A DNA stretch of 63,033 nucleotides, the filler included, from Nitrospiraceae bacterium (GTDB lineage: Bacteria; Nitrospirota; Nitrospiria; Nitrospirales; Nitrospiraceae), in NCBI GenBank assembly GCA_037442105.1. It is 3 parts of 3 records of this genome, joined end to end, with 100 filler letters (N's around TTAATTAATTAA, not from the genome) between each part and the next. Parts side by side here need not be neighbours in the genome. Positions count along the whole stretch, not along the records: positions 1 to 21,671 come from JBBIQV010000041.1; positions 21,772 to 42,571 come from JBBIQV010000042.1; 1 more part is not named here. One strand, given 5' to 3'. The notes under the pieces were generated by a model. That model was not told where the DNA came from. It saw nothing but the letters and a program-made list of their open reading frames with translations, and ran no database searches. The position numbers were made by a program, and so were the translations under genes. This document shows, piece after piece, positions 21,456 through 30,440 of this stretch (its first letter is position 1; each line of letters opens with the position of its first letter).

Positions 21456-21510
21456 TGGTAGGAGTCATCAGCCTGGTCTGGGCGGTTACAAGGGGGACTC
21501 CATCCCCGAC
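21456..21510 (-). ncRNA. Fluoride (crcB) riboswitch
   Basis: Minus strand GGGGATGGAGTCCCCC...AACCGCC...GGCTGATGACTCCTAC matches the crcB motif including the GGAGTC/GACTCC pseudoknot. Confidence 0.9.
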
Positions 21511-21671
21511 GTCATGATCTTGGTTTATCTACATTTCGGAATTCCTCGTCAATTCATCTTGAGGCCGAACGCTTTAACTCAGAGGCGCGACGATAGGAGC
21601 GTCCTCTGGAGTAAAGCAGCTAGTGTAGTGTATCCAACGCTTCTTTACATTTGGCGACTTTGATCAAAATG

Positions 21672-21771
21672 NNNNNNNNNNNNNNNNNNNNNNNNNNNNN
21701 NNNNNNNNNNNNNNNTTAATTAATTAANNNNNNNNNNNNNNNNNNNNNNNNNNNNNNNNNNNNNNNNNNNN
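21672..21771. other. Artificial contig linker / assembly gap
   Basis: N-run flanking TTAATTAATTAA (stops in all frames). Confidence 0.98.
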
Positions 21772-21937
21772 CTGCCCCCTTTCGTTGGTGGTGATCGCTC
21801 ACCGCTGACAGTCGGCCCATCGGACCCCGACTGTCAACCAATTGAAAGGGGGCCCTATTCATAGAATCTCCTGTACATAAGGACTCTCCGATTTGTCTCC
21901 GCTTCTCATCCTCCTGATTATCCAATTACCCATTGAC

Positions 21938-22357
21938 TTAGAACCGGAATCCGATACCTACCGTAATGCCAGGGATCGGTGCAGGGGCTACCGCCCTCAA
22001 GTAATCGCCTTTGGACTGCTTGTACTCTCCGATTTCCACGAAGGTGAACGCGTTCTTGGTCGCGTTGACCTGATGTACCGCATGGGCATGATGATCGAGA
22101 GGAGATATGAGGGCTCCCATGCGAGGATCTTTCTGTTCGGCGGCCGGTTCGTTGACACGACCGCGTGGCTGGATCGACTCACCCGGGTACAATCCCAAGA
22201 CGCTGATGAGGTCGCTGGCTGCTGAGGCCGCGCTCATGATCGGCGTGATCTCGCTGGTGCTCAGGCGCTTTTCCAGCTCCATACCCTGAACGTTGCCGGG
22301 GAAGGTAGCGAGAACGACCAAAAGTGTGCCGACCACGATACCGGTATGAGTCCTCAT
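21938..22357 (-). CDS. Exported hypothetical protein ending in ...VGIGFRF
   Basis: Signal-peptide-like N-terminus; C-terminal amphipathic beta strand ending in Phe. Confidence 0.6.
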   Translation of the reverse strand: MRTHTGIVVGTLLVVLATFPGNVQGMELEKRLSTSEITPIMSAASAASDLISVLGLYPGESIQPRGRVNEPAAEQKDPRMGALISPLDHHAHAVHQVNATKNAFTFVEIGEYKQSKGDYLRAVAPAPIPGITVGIGFRF

Positions 22358-22428
22358 CGCCTGCCCTCTCTCCATCACCGTCTTGGGGGTTTTGCTTTCC
22401 ATGTCCTGCCCTCTTGCCACGGTGATTC

Positions 22429-22444
22429 AGCAATCAAAATGCCC
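22429..22444 (-). promoter_or_regulatory. Putative sigma54 promoter for the exported protein
   Basis: Minus strand GGGCATTTTGATTGCT = GG-N10-GC with TTGCT. Confidence 0.6.
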
Positions 22445-22566
22445 TCATGATCCTCACTTGATCAGGCTCACACTGAGGTCCTGTAACTGCTGGAAGTTGT
22501 GGAGAGATTTGTTAAGAATGGCTTGGGAAAATGAAGGGCGGCGAAGCTCTTGGAGAGGTTCCTGAG

Positions 22567-22602
22567 CTATCTAGGTGGATAGGTACTTATCTAACTGGAT
22601 AA
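22567..22602. promoter_or_regulatory. Tandem palindromic enhancer-like sites
   Basis: CTATC-N6-GATAG (22567-22582) and TTATC-N6-GATAA (22587-22602), 20 bp apart. Confidence 0.55.
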
Positions 22603-22705
22603 GGCGTGAGGGTCGGAGGTCGGTTGTTTTATGGAGAGGGGGCTTGCTACAATTGCTGCCCAGTATGACCGGCTTACAGTCTCAAGCTTTGCGGGGGTTG
22701 TAACC

Positions 22706-24598
22706 ATGGCTTTTCAAGAGTATGCGGGGCCTGAGCGACGGAGGGATGCTCGCGTTCAACGGTCTTTCGTGGTGCCTTTCCGCCTACGTGACGGTCGGGG
22801 GGTGACTGTGCTTAGCAGCGGAGAGGCGCGAGTGCACGACCTCTCTGCGAGCGGTATGTGTCTGGCTTTACCAGGCCCGCTCACGCATGCTCCCAAACAA
22901 CTCCTGGAAGATCGCGCTCGCGTTGAGTGTCATCTGCCGATCGAGGATCAAGACATCTGGCTGAATGGTCGTACGGTATGGATCAGCCACGCCGGTCACG
23001 AAAGGTCCGGGACAGGCAACGCAGGTTGTTGCCTTGGACTGGTCTTTGAGAAGAACCCGCTGGTGCGCGCAGCCATGGACCGCCTGCTTGGCTTCCATCC
23101 TGTGCCCACCAGCCAATCCCGCGAGCAGTTGGCTGCGCTTCTCGAAGTGAGCCACCTCCTCACGTCATCTCTCGACCAAGAGCATCTCCTTCAGTTGATC
23201 CTTGATACCGTCAGCCGGCTCTTTCGTGCCGACGGGAGCAGCCTGCTCCTCGTTGATCCGCATAGCGGTGAACTGGTGTTCTGGCTTCCGTTCGGGCCTG
23301 GCAGCGAAAAGCTCAAGGAAGTTCGTTTGAGGTCGGGACAAGGGATTGCCGGCTTGGTGGCGAAAGAGCGACGGCCGATCATGGTGAATGATGTCCAACA
23401 CGATCCGCGATTCTATTCCGATATCGATACGCTCACGGGATTTAAGACGCGGTCGATTCTGGCTGCCCCACTGCTGGACGGCGAACGGCTCGTCGGTGTC
23501 ATTGAGGTGCTCAACACCAATAAGGAAAAACGGTTTGTCCAGGAGGATCTCGAGTTGATCTCAGCGTTTGCGGCCCACGCGTCGGTGGCTCTTCGCAACG
23601 CGCGACTGTTTTCCACGATGCAGGAGGAGAAGACCTACTTGCAGAACGAAGTCGAAGAACGGTACCGGATTCTGATCGGCGAGAGTTCCATCATGCAGGA
23701 GGCTATCCGGATGGCTCGGAAGGCTGCTGCAACGCCCGTGACCGTTCTCTTATTGGGGGAAAGCGGGGTCGGAAAGGAGATCTTTGCCAGATCCATCCAT
23801 GCCTGGAGCGCGCGTGCCCGAAAACCTTTCAGGGCGGTGAATTGTGTGGCGCTCTCTGAGCATCTGCTTGAGAGCGAGTTGTTCGGTCACGAGCGCGGCG
23901 CCTTTACCGGTGCGGTTCAGCAGAAGAAAGGCCTCTTCGAACAGGCGAACGGCGGCACGCTGTTCTTGGATGAGATCGGCGACATGAAACCGGAATTGCA
24001 GGCGAAATTGTTGCGCGTGCTCCAGGATCATACCTTTGAGCGGGTGGGTGGCACGCATCCTATTCATGTCGATGTTCGCATCATCGCCGCCACAAATCAG
24101 GACCTGGAAGCGGCCGTCCGAGCGGGAAAGTTCCGGAAGGATCTCTTCTACCGTCTCAATGTCGTCACGATCACGCTCTCTCCATTGCGAGAACGCAAAG
24201 AAGACATCCCGGCATTGGCGAACCTGTTCCTTCAGCGATACAACCGGGAACTGAAACGCTCGCTGGCCATGGGCCCCGAGGCCCTTGAACTTCTCCAACA
24301 GTACAATTGGCCCGGCAACGTCCGCGAGCTCGAGAACGTGATCGAGCGAGCCGTAGTTCTGGCAGGAGAGCCTACCATCCGTCCGAAGGATATCGCGCTT
24401 GGTGTGTCCTGCACCCCGTCAGAGCCCTCAGCTTCACCGGAAGACTTGCCGTTCCATGATTCGCTGGAAGCCCACAAGAAGGCGGTGATTGAGGCGGCCA
24501 TCGCTAAGGCCAGCGGCAGGAAGCACATGGCAGCCCGCTCGCTCGGGCTTAATCCCACTTACCTGTCCCGTTTGTGCCGGCAACTCGGAATCGATTAA
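22706..24598 (+). CDS. Sigma54-dependent activator with PilZ-GAF-AAA+-HTH architecture
   Basis: ERRRDAR and DLSASG (PilZ); GAF region; [32 protein letters not shown]-terminal HTH. Confidence 0.9.
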   Translation: MAFQEYAGPERRRDARVQRSFVVPFRLRDGRGVTVLSSGEARVHDLSASGMCLALPGPLTHAPKQLLEDRARVECHLPIEDQDIWLNGRTVWISHAGHERSGTGNAGCCLGLVFEKNPLVRAAMDRLLGFHPVPTSQSREQLAALLEVSHLLTSSLDQEHLLQLILDTVSRLFRADGSSLLLVDPHSGELVFWLPFGPGSEKLKEVRLRSGQGIAGLVAKERRPIMVNDVQHDPRFYSDIDTLTGFKTRSILAAPLLDGERLVGVIEVLNTNKEKRFVQEDLELISAFAAHASVALRNARLFSTMQEEKTYLQNEVEERYRILIGESSIMQEAIRMARKAAATPVTVLLLGESGVGKEIFARSIHAWSARARKPFRAVNCVALSEHLLESELFGHERGAFTGAVQQKKGLFEQANGGTLFLDEIGDMKPELQAKLLRVLQDHTFERVGGTHPIHVDVRIIAATNQDLEAAVRAGKFRKDLFYRLNVVTITLSPLRERKEDIPALANLFLQRYNRELKRSLAMGPEALELLQQYNWPGNVRELENVIERAVVLAGEPTIRPKDIALGVSCTPSEPSASPEDLPFHDSLEAHKKAVIEAAIAKASGRKHMAARSLGLNPTYLSRLCRQLGID

Positions 24599-24627
24599 TG
24601 CAGCTCACACACGGCCTGACGTCACGC

Positions 24628-25383
24628 CTACTCGAACGCCACTTCGCGTAGAATCAGTAGCCTTCCGCCAGGGGTCACAGTTCGGTGTTTGATGAATCGG
24701 ACGGTGCGGGCTGCGGAGGGGACATTTAAGGGGGTGCCGACCTTCTGGTTTTGTCCCTTCCGAAGGACTTCGTCCGCGACTGCCAGAAGAAGGTCGGTTG
24801 CCGGTGAGCTTGGCAGTCCGGTTGGCTGGAAAAGTTCCAACTCATCCAAGCCGAATTTGCTCAACCCAAGGGTGTAGAACCAGTCTCGTCCTTTGTCAGG
24901 ACTCTCGCCCTCCATCGCCGTGCAGTGATCGCGGATGGCAAAGCAGGCCAGGGAGCGGTCCTGCCAATCTGACGGGTTGAGATAAGCCTGCGTGGTGACG
25001 TCGAAGGCGGTGCCTTGGGTGAGCAGCGTCAGGCCACGGGCCAGCCGTGCGGCGAAGAGGACGGCATCGGGCAGGTCAGCCGGAGATGCCTGCCCAGGTG
25101 CTACTGCGCCGATAAAGGGGTGATCCCAGGCAAGCTGTGTGGCGAGCTGGTTCGCCTGCGGACCGGGCAAGGGCATCTGAGCATGGACCGTCCAAGGTCC
25201 ATGCTGTGCAACCCAGGCCGCCGGCGAATTCTTCTCATCCGTCCGGACAATAAGCGGGCCTCCGTATTCGAGGTCGTACCAGGTCTTGAGTTCCTCGGGA
25301 GAAGGTACGGTTCCTTGATAGCCGATGAAATAGGATGGAGAACGGCGGGCAGAGGGCTTGGGACCTTTCTTGCGAATCTTCAT
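24628..25383 (-). CDS. Hypothetical protein
   Basis: 251-aa ORF downstream of typA, contains TLGLSKFGLDELE. Confidence 0.7.
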   Translation of the reverse strand: MKIRKKGPKPSARRSPSYFIGYQGTVPSPEELKTWYDLEYGGPLIVRTDEKNSPAAWVAQHGPWTVHAQMPLPGPQANQLATQLAWDHPFIGAVAPGQASPADLPDAVLFAARLARGLTLLTQGTAFDVTTQAYLNPSDWQDRSLACFAIRDHCTAMEGESPDKGRDWFYTLGLSKFGLDELELFQPTGLPSSPATDLLLAVADEVLRKGQNQKVGTPLNVPSAARTVRFIKHRTVTPGGRLLILREVAFE

Positions 25384-25460
25384 TGGCTCTCAAAATTATC
25401 AGGTGGGGTGGTCCGGCTGATCTCCCGCTGCGCGCGTCCACCCCATCTCTTTTTCATTGT

Positions 25461-25563
25461 ACTGTCCGGCACCGGTGGGTGGTTCCGACTGCGGCCGTCG
25501 AGCGAGCACTTTCTGAAGTGCGGACTCCGGGAGCAAGGGAACCACCCACCGGTGCCGGACAGT
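25461..25563. repeat. REP-like structured element, copy B
   Basis: Perfect 26-bp inverted repeat ACTGTCCGGCACCGGTGGGTGGTTCC around the core shared with 797-842. Confidence 0.75.
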
Positions 25564-27450
25564 CTACTTCCCGCTCTTGCGGGCCTTGCGCCGGTCTTCC
25601 GGATTCAAGAGCCGTTTCCTGATCCGCAGATTCTTGGGGGTGACCTCGACCAACTCGTCCTGGCCGATGTACTCCAGGGCGAACTCGAGCGTCATTTCAC
25701 GCGGCGGAGTGAGGATCAACGCTTCATCCGACCCAGAAGCCCGCATGTTCGTGAGGTGCTTCTCCTTGCAGACGTTGACGTCCAGGTCCTCATCGCGGCT
25801 GTTTTCTCCCACGACCATTCCCCGATAGACTTCGACGCCGGGCCCGATGAACATGACGCCGCGTTCCTGGGTCATGAAGAGGGCGTAGGCCGTGCTCGTG
25901 CCGTCTTCGAAGGCACACAACGACCCGTGTGGGGCGACGGCGAGGTCGCGTTCATCCGCCGGCTCGTAGGCGCTGAAGACATGGTGCATGATGACGGTGC
26001 CTCTGGTTCTGGCCAGCAGGATGTTCTTGAGCCCGATAATTCCGCGAGTCGGGATGTGATATTCCAAGTGCATCTCGCTGGCGTTGCCCTCCGAGTGCAC
26101 GAGTTTCATATGCCGCAGTTCGCCGCGCCGTCGCCCGATCTCCTCGATGACCGTGCCCTGGTATTCTGCCGGCACCTGCACGCTCAATTCTTCGTAGGGC
26201 TCGGTGACCTTTCCCTCCTCACGATGGATGATCACCTCCGGCTGAGACACTTGCAATTCATAGCCCTCCCGCCGCATCTGCTCGATGAGCACGGCGAGGT
26301 GCAACTCTCCGCGACCTGCCACCAGGAAGCGGTCGGGACTCTCGGTTTCCTGCACGCGCAGCGACACGTTGGTTTCGAGTTCTTTGAACAACCGTTCGCG
26401 CAGGTGTCTGGATGTGAGGAACTTGCCTTCCCGCCCGGCAAAGGGGCTGTTGTTCACGGAGAAGGTCATCTGCACGGTCGGTTCGTCGATCGAGACGGGC
26501 GGGAGCTGAACCGGGTGTTCGGCGTCGGCGATGGTGTCGCCGATGCTCACCTCAGACAGCCCGGCTACGGCCACGATCTCACCGGCTTCCGCCTCGTCCA
26601 CATCGGTGCGTTCCAGCCCGGCGAAGACCGCGAGGTCGGACACTCTCCCGGCAACCTGCCTCCCGTCTCTCGTGAGGACGAGGACGTTCTGCCGCCTGGC
26701 AATCGAGCCGGATTGAATTTTCCCGATCCCCATCTTGCCTTTGTAGGAATCGTAAGCGAGGGCGAGCACCAGTATCTGGAGCGGCGCATCCCGGCTGATG
26801 GCCGGCGCAGAAATCTGATCGAGAATCGTGTCGAGCAGGGGCGTGATGTCCATGCCGGGCTTGTTGACGTCGAGCGTCGCCACCCCATTGATGGCCGACG
26901 TATAGACAATGGGGAAATCGAGCTGTTCGTTGGTGGCACCGAGATGGACGAAAAGATCGAACGTGCGGTTCAGCACGTCGTCTACCACGGCGTCCGGTCG
27001 ATCGATTTTGTTGATGACCACGATGGCGCGATGGCCCAGCGCCAGCGCCTTTCGCAGCACGAAGGTGGTTTGCGGCATCGGCCCTTCCTTCGCATCGACG
27101 AGCAGGAGTACCCCATCCACCATGCGGAGGGTGCGCTCCACTTCGCCGCCGAAATCGGCGTGGCCGGGAGTGTCTACGATGTTGATCTTGACGCCCTTGT
27201 AGGTCACGCTGGCATTTTTCGCCCGGATCGTGATGCCGCGCTCCCGCTCCTGGTCCATCGAGTCCAGAATGCGCTCGCCCATATCGTCGATCTTGCGATG
27301 GACATGAGTCTGGCGGAGCAGGGCGTCCACGAGCGTCGTCTTGCCGTGGTCGACGTGGGCGATAATGGCGATGTTGCGGATGTCGTCGCGCCGGCCTTGC
27401 GGTGGGCGACGATTCGGATGAGCGACCGTTGCTGTTGTGTGTTGGTCCAT
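25564..27450 (-). CDS. typA: Translational GTPase TypA/BipA
   Basis: [45 protein letters not shown]; start at ATG 27450 (upstream extension is antisense to PBP1A). Confidence 0.96.
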   Translation of the reverse strand: MDQHTTATVAHPNRRPPQGRRDDIRNIAIIAHVDHGKTTLVDALLRQTHVHRKIDDMGERILDSMDQERERGITIRAKNASVTYKGVKINIVDTPGHADFGGEVERTLRMVDGVLLLVDAKEGPMPQTTFVLRKALALGHRAIVVINKIDRPDAVVDDVLNRTFDLFVHLGATNEQLDFPIVYTSAINGVATLDVNKPGMDITPLLDTILDQISAPAISRDAPLQILVLALAYDSYKGKMGIGKIQSGSIARRQNVLVLTRDGRQVAGRVSDLAVFAGLERTDVDEAEAGEIVAVAGLSEVSIGDTIADAEHPVQLPPVSIDEPTVQMTFSVNNSPFAGREGKFLTSRHLRERLFKELETNVSLRVQETESPDRFLVAGRGELHLAVLIEQMRREGYELQVSQPEVIIHREEGKVTEPYEELSVQVPAEYQGTVIEEIGRRRGELRHMKLVHSEGNASEMHLEYHIPTRGIIGLKNILLARTRGTVIMHHVFSAYEPADERDLAVAPHGSLCAFEDGTSTAYALFMTQERGVMFIGPGVEVYRGMVVGENSRDEDLDVNVCKEKHLTNMRASGSDEALILTPPREMTLEFALEYIGQDELVEVTPKNLRIRKRLLNPEDRRKARKSGK

Positions 27451-27675
27451 AGCGATCGAGCGATCTCCTCTAGCATTCTGTCCCGGACAATTCGCCGGGC
27501 TCGAAAAAAAAGACGCCTCGGAAACAGGCGTCTGCCACAGTATACCCGAAGCGTCTCGCGTGCCACAAGCGAAGATGCGCAGATGAATCGTCCTGCTGCT
27601 TGAGTTTTGGAGACCCTCATTGTAAGTTGAAACAACTTCTCCTTCCCAAGAGACTCTTCGCCGGAGATTCACCCG

Positions 27676-30102
27676 ATGTCGGATAGCGGTCGCTTCATTG
27701 AAGTGCGTGAGCCTGCGCCCCGGCGCTGGCGGTGGTGGCATGTCCTCATCCTGGGGACGGTCGTTGTCGCGTTCCTGGGAAGCGGGGCCGTCGCCGGCGT
27801 GTGGTGGCATTTCTCGCAGGACCTGCCGCCGCTGGATCTCCTCCAAAACTATCAGCCGAGCCTCGTCACCCGCGTGTACTCCGATGACCGGCAGGTGATC
27901 GGCCAGTTTTTCATCGAGCGCCGTATTCTGACCCCGTTGGCCGAGATACCCAAACCGCTTATCCAGGCGGTCATTGCGGTAGAGGACGCGCGGTTTTTCG
28001 AGCACCCCGGGCTGGACGTGATCGGTATTCTCCGCGCCGCCTGGACGAATCTCCGGCATGGCGGCAAAAAGGTGGAGGGTGCCAGCACGATCACTCAGCA
28101 ATTGGCCCGCTCGCTCTTCTTGTCGTCCGAACGGACCTTTGACCGCAAGTTGAAGGAGTTGGTCCTGGCCTACAAGATGGAACTCGTCCTCACCAAGGAG
28201 CAGATTCTCGAGCTCTACCTGAACCAAATCTACTTCGGCCAAGGGGCCTACGGCGTCGCTTCCGCGGCGCAGAGCTATTTCGGGAAGGAGCTGGCGAAGC
28301 TGACGTTGGCCGAATCGGCGTTCCTGGCGGGATTGCCGAAATCGCCCAATAATTTTTCACCGTTCAAGGCACCGGATCGGGCGCGCAAGCGCCAGGAACA
28401 TGTGCTGGCGCGGATGGAAGACGCCGGCTTCATCACAGCCGTGGAGAGGGAGCAGTCGCTGGCGGAGCCGATGAATTTCCGGCGGCCCGGCATTGAATCC
28501 ATTGCGCCCTACTTTGTGGAATACGTGCGCCAGTTGCTGATCGCCAAATACGGCGAAACGATGGTCTACAAAGGCGGCCTCGAAGTCTTTACGACCCTGA
28601 ATCTCGACATGCAAAAGGCGGCGGAAGCCGCGATGCTCAACGGCCTTCGGGAACTGGACAAGCGCCAGGGCTGGCGCGGGCCGCTGCGAACGGTGGACGT
28701 GGCGACGCTCGCCGTTCCGCTGTCCGATTCTCCGCCCATGTTCAAGGAAGGCGATCTCACGGAAGGCGTGGTCACCAAAATCGCCAAGGATCACGTGCTG
28801 GTGCGGGTCGGGGCGGCCACCGCCAGGATGGCGTTCAACGATTTCGCCTGGGCGCGCCGGCGACTGAAGGGGCCCGATCCGATCACCGACGTGACGTTTA
28901 TTCAGAATCCGAAACTGATTCTGAAACCCGGTGACGCGATCGAGGTTGCGGTCAAGAAGGTGGATCGTGAAGGGCTGCACCTGCGATTGGAGCAGACGCC
29001 GGTCGTCGAAGGCGGCTTGGTCGCTCTGGACCCCAAGACGGGCGCCATCCGGGCCATGGTGGGAGGGTACGACTTCGCACGCAGCGAGTACAACCGGGCG
29101 GTGATGGCCCACCGGCAACCGGGCTCGGCCTTCAAACCGATCATTTATGCTACGGCGATACATCAGGGCATGAGCCCCGCGACGCCGATTCTGGATGCTC
29201 CGGTGGTCTACGAACAGGAAGAAGAAGACAAGATCTGGAAGCCGGAGAACTACGGGCGCAAATTTCACGGCATGGTCAGCTTGCGGGAAGCGTTGATCCA
29301 TTCCCACAATCTTGCCACGGTCCGGCTGCTGGACAAGGTCGGTGTGCGGAACGTGATCGAGTTTGCGAAGACCGTCGGGATCACCAGCCCGCTGGCCGCC
29401 GACCTGTCGCTCGGGCTCGGCTCGTCGAGCGTGGGGCTGCTAGAGTTGACCTCCGTATACGGGGTGTTCGCCAATCAGGGGGTGCGGGCGGAGCCTTACG
29501 CTGTTGCCCGCGTACAGGACAATACCGGGAAGACGCTCGAACAGGCGGTGACTGAACCGCATGAGGTGGTGTCGCGAGAGACGGCCTATTTGATCACGAA
29601 CATGATGGAAGATGTGATCCAGCGTGGAACCGGTCAAGCGGCGAAGGTCATCGATCGACCGATTGCCGGGAAGACCGGGACCACGAATGATTTCATCAAC
29701 GCCTGGTTCATCGGCGCAGCCCCCAATCTGGTCGCCGGCACCTATGTGGGGTTCGATGACCGGCGGTCGCTCGGCGAGACGGAGTCGGGGGCGCATGCGG
29801 CGCTGCCTATCTGGATCAACTTCATGAAAGAGGCGCTCAAACAGTTGCCGGTCGCGCCGTTCGAAATTCCGGACGACGTGATCTTTGTGAAAGTCGATCC
29901 GGCCACCGCGCTCCAGGCGTCGGAACAGGAGGAACAGGCTGGGGTGGTGGAACTCTTCGCGAAAGGGACGGAGCCCACACAGGCGCCGTCGCCGCGGATC
30001 GACCCCACGGACTTCTACAAGCTGGATCAGATTCCGGAAGGGCAAGGGAGCGGGGGAGAGGCGCCGCGCGAGAAGGCGGGCGGCGGGGCAGTGAGTCCGT
30101 GA
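27676..30102 (+). CDS. mrcA: Penicillin-binding protein 1A (bifunctional transglycosylase/transpeptidase)
   Basis: EDARF, GASTITQQLAR, RQPGSAFKP (SxxK), SHN, KTGTT. Confidence 0.93.
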   Translation: MSDSGRFIEVREPAPRRWRWWHVLILGTVVVAFLGSGAVAGVWWHFSQDLPPLDLLQNYQPSLVTRVYSDDRQVIGQFFIERRILTPLAEIPKPLIQAVIAVEDARFFEHPGLDVIGILRAAWTNLRHGGKKVEGASTITQQLARSLFLSSERTFDRKLKELVLAYKMELVLTKEQILELYLNQIYFGQGAYGVASAAQSYFGKELAKLTLAESAFLAGLPKSPNNFSPFKAPDRARKRQEHVLARMEDAGFITAVEREQSLAEPMNFRRPGIESIAPYFVEYVRQLLIAKYGETMVYKGGLEVFTTLNLDMQKAAEAAMLNGLRELDKRQGWRGPLRTVDVATLAVPLSDSPPMFKEGDLTEGVVTKIAKDHVLVRVGAATARMAFNDFAWARRRLKGPDPITDVTFIQNPKLILKPGDAIEVAVKKVDREGLHLRLEQTPVVEGGLVALDPKTGAIRAMVGGYDFARSEYNRAVMAHRQPGSAFKPIIYATAIHQGMSPATPILDAPVVYEQEEEDKIWKPENYGRKFHGMVSLREALIHSHNLATVRLLDKVGVRNVIEFAKTVGITSPLAADLSLGLGSSSVGLLELTSVYGVFANQGVRAEPYAVARVQDNTGKTLEQAVTEPHEVVSRETAYLITNMMEDVIQRGTGQAAKVIDRPIAGKTGTTNDFINAWFIGAAPNLVAGTYVGFDDRRSLGETESGAHAALPIWINFMKEALKQLPVAPFEIPDDVIFVKVDPATALQASEQEEQAGVVELFAKGTEPTQAPSPRIDPTDFYKLDQIPEGQGSGGEAPREKAGGGAVSP

Positions 30103-30107
30103 ACGTC

Positions 30108-30320
30108 TTAGGAGTTGGTGTCTTGGTATTCCTCGTGCCAGGCCATTTGAATCGCTTCAAGGATCTTCTCGTTTGATTTCTTCGGATCGTCTCTGAATTC
30201 CGGCAGGGCTACGATCCAGGCATGCAGGTCCGTGAACCGGACGGTCAGTGGGTCGGTGTCGGGGCGAGTCTCCATCAGCCTGATCGCAATCTCTTCGGCA
30301 TCCTGCCATGTAAGGCCCAT
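30108..30320 (-). CDS. iscX: Fe-S assembly protein IscX
   Basis: MGLTWQD...DPLTVRFTDL...EKILEAIQMAW. Confidence 0.95.
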   Translation of the reverse strand: MGLTWQDAEEIAIRLMETRPDTDPLTVRFTDLHAWIVALPEFRDDPKKSNEKILEAIQMAWHEEYQDTNS

Positions 30321-30332
30321 CCTGACTCCTTA

Positions 30333-30434
30333 AGCGAATAGCGAATAGCTAATAGCCAATAGCCAACAGCTCAGAACGAAGGGCTCATGGTTGAAAGGTT
30401 AGAGCTGTTCGCTACTCGCTATTTGCTGCTCGCT
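30333..30434. repeat. Inverted heptamer tandem-repeat array
   Basis: (AGCGAAT)-type units x5 on the left, complementary (TTCGCTA)-type units on the right. Confidence 0.7.
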
Positions 30435-30440
30435 ACACAT

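Noticed and set aside
21672..21771. TTAATTAATTAA palindrome inside N runs (also 42572-42671)
   Set aside because: Synthetic six-frame-stop contig linker; not biological, and ORFs crossing it are artefacts
25015..27603. 862-aa plus-strand ORF
   Set aside because: Antisense shadow of typA in high-GC DNA; no recognisable motifs
27451..28242. Apparent 260-aa N-terminal extension of TypA
   Set aside because: Overlaps the PBP1A gene on the opposite strand; TypA homology begins just after ATG 27450, which has a GAGGAG upstream
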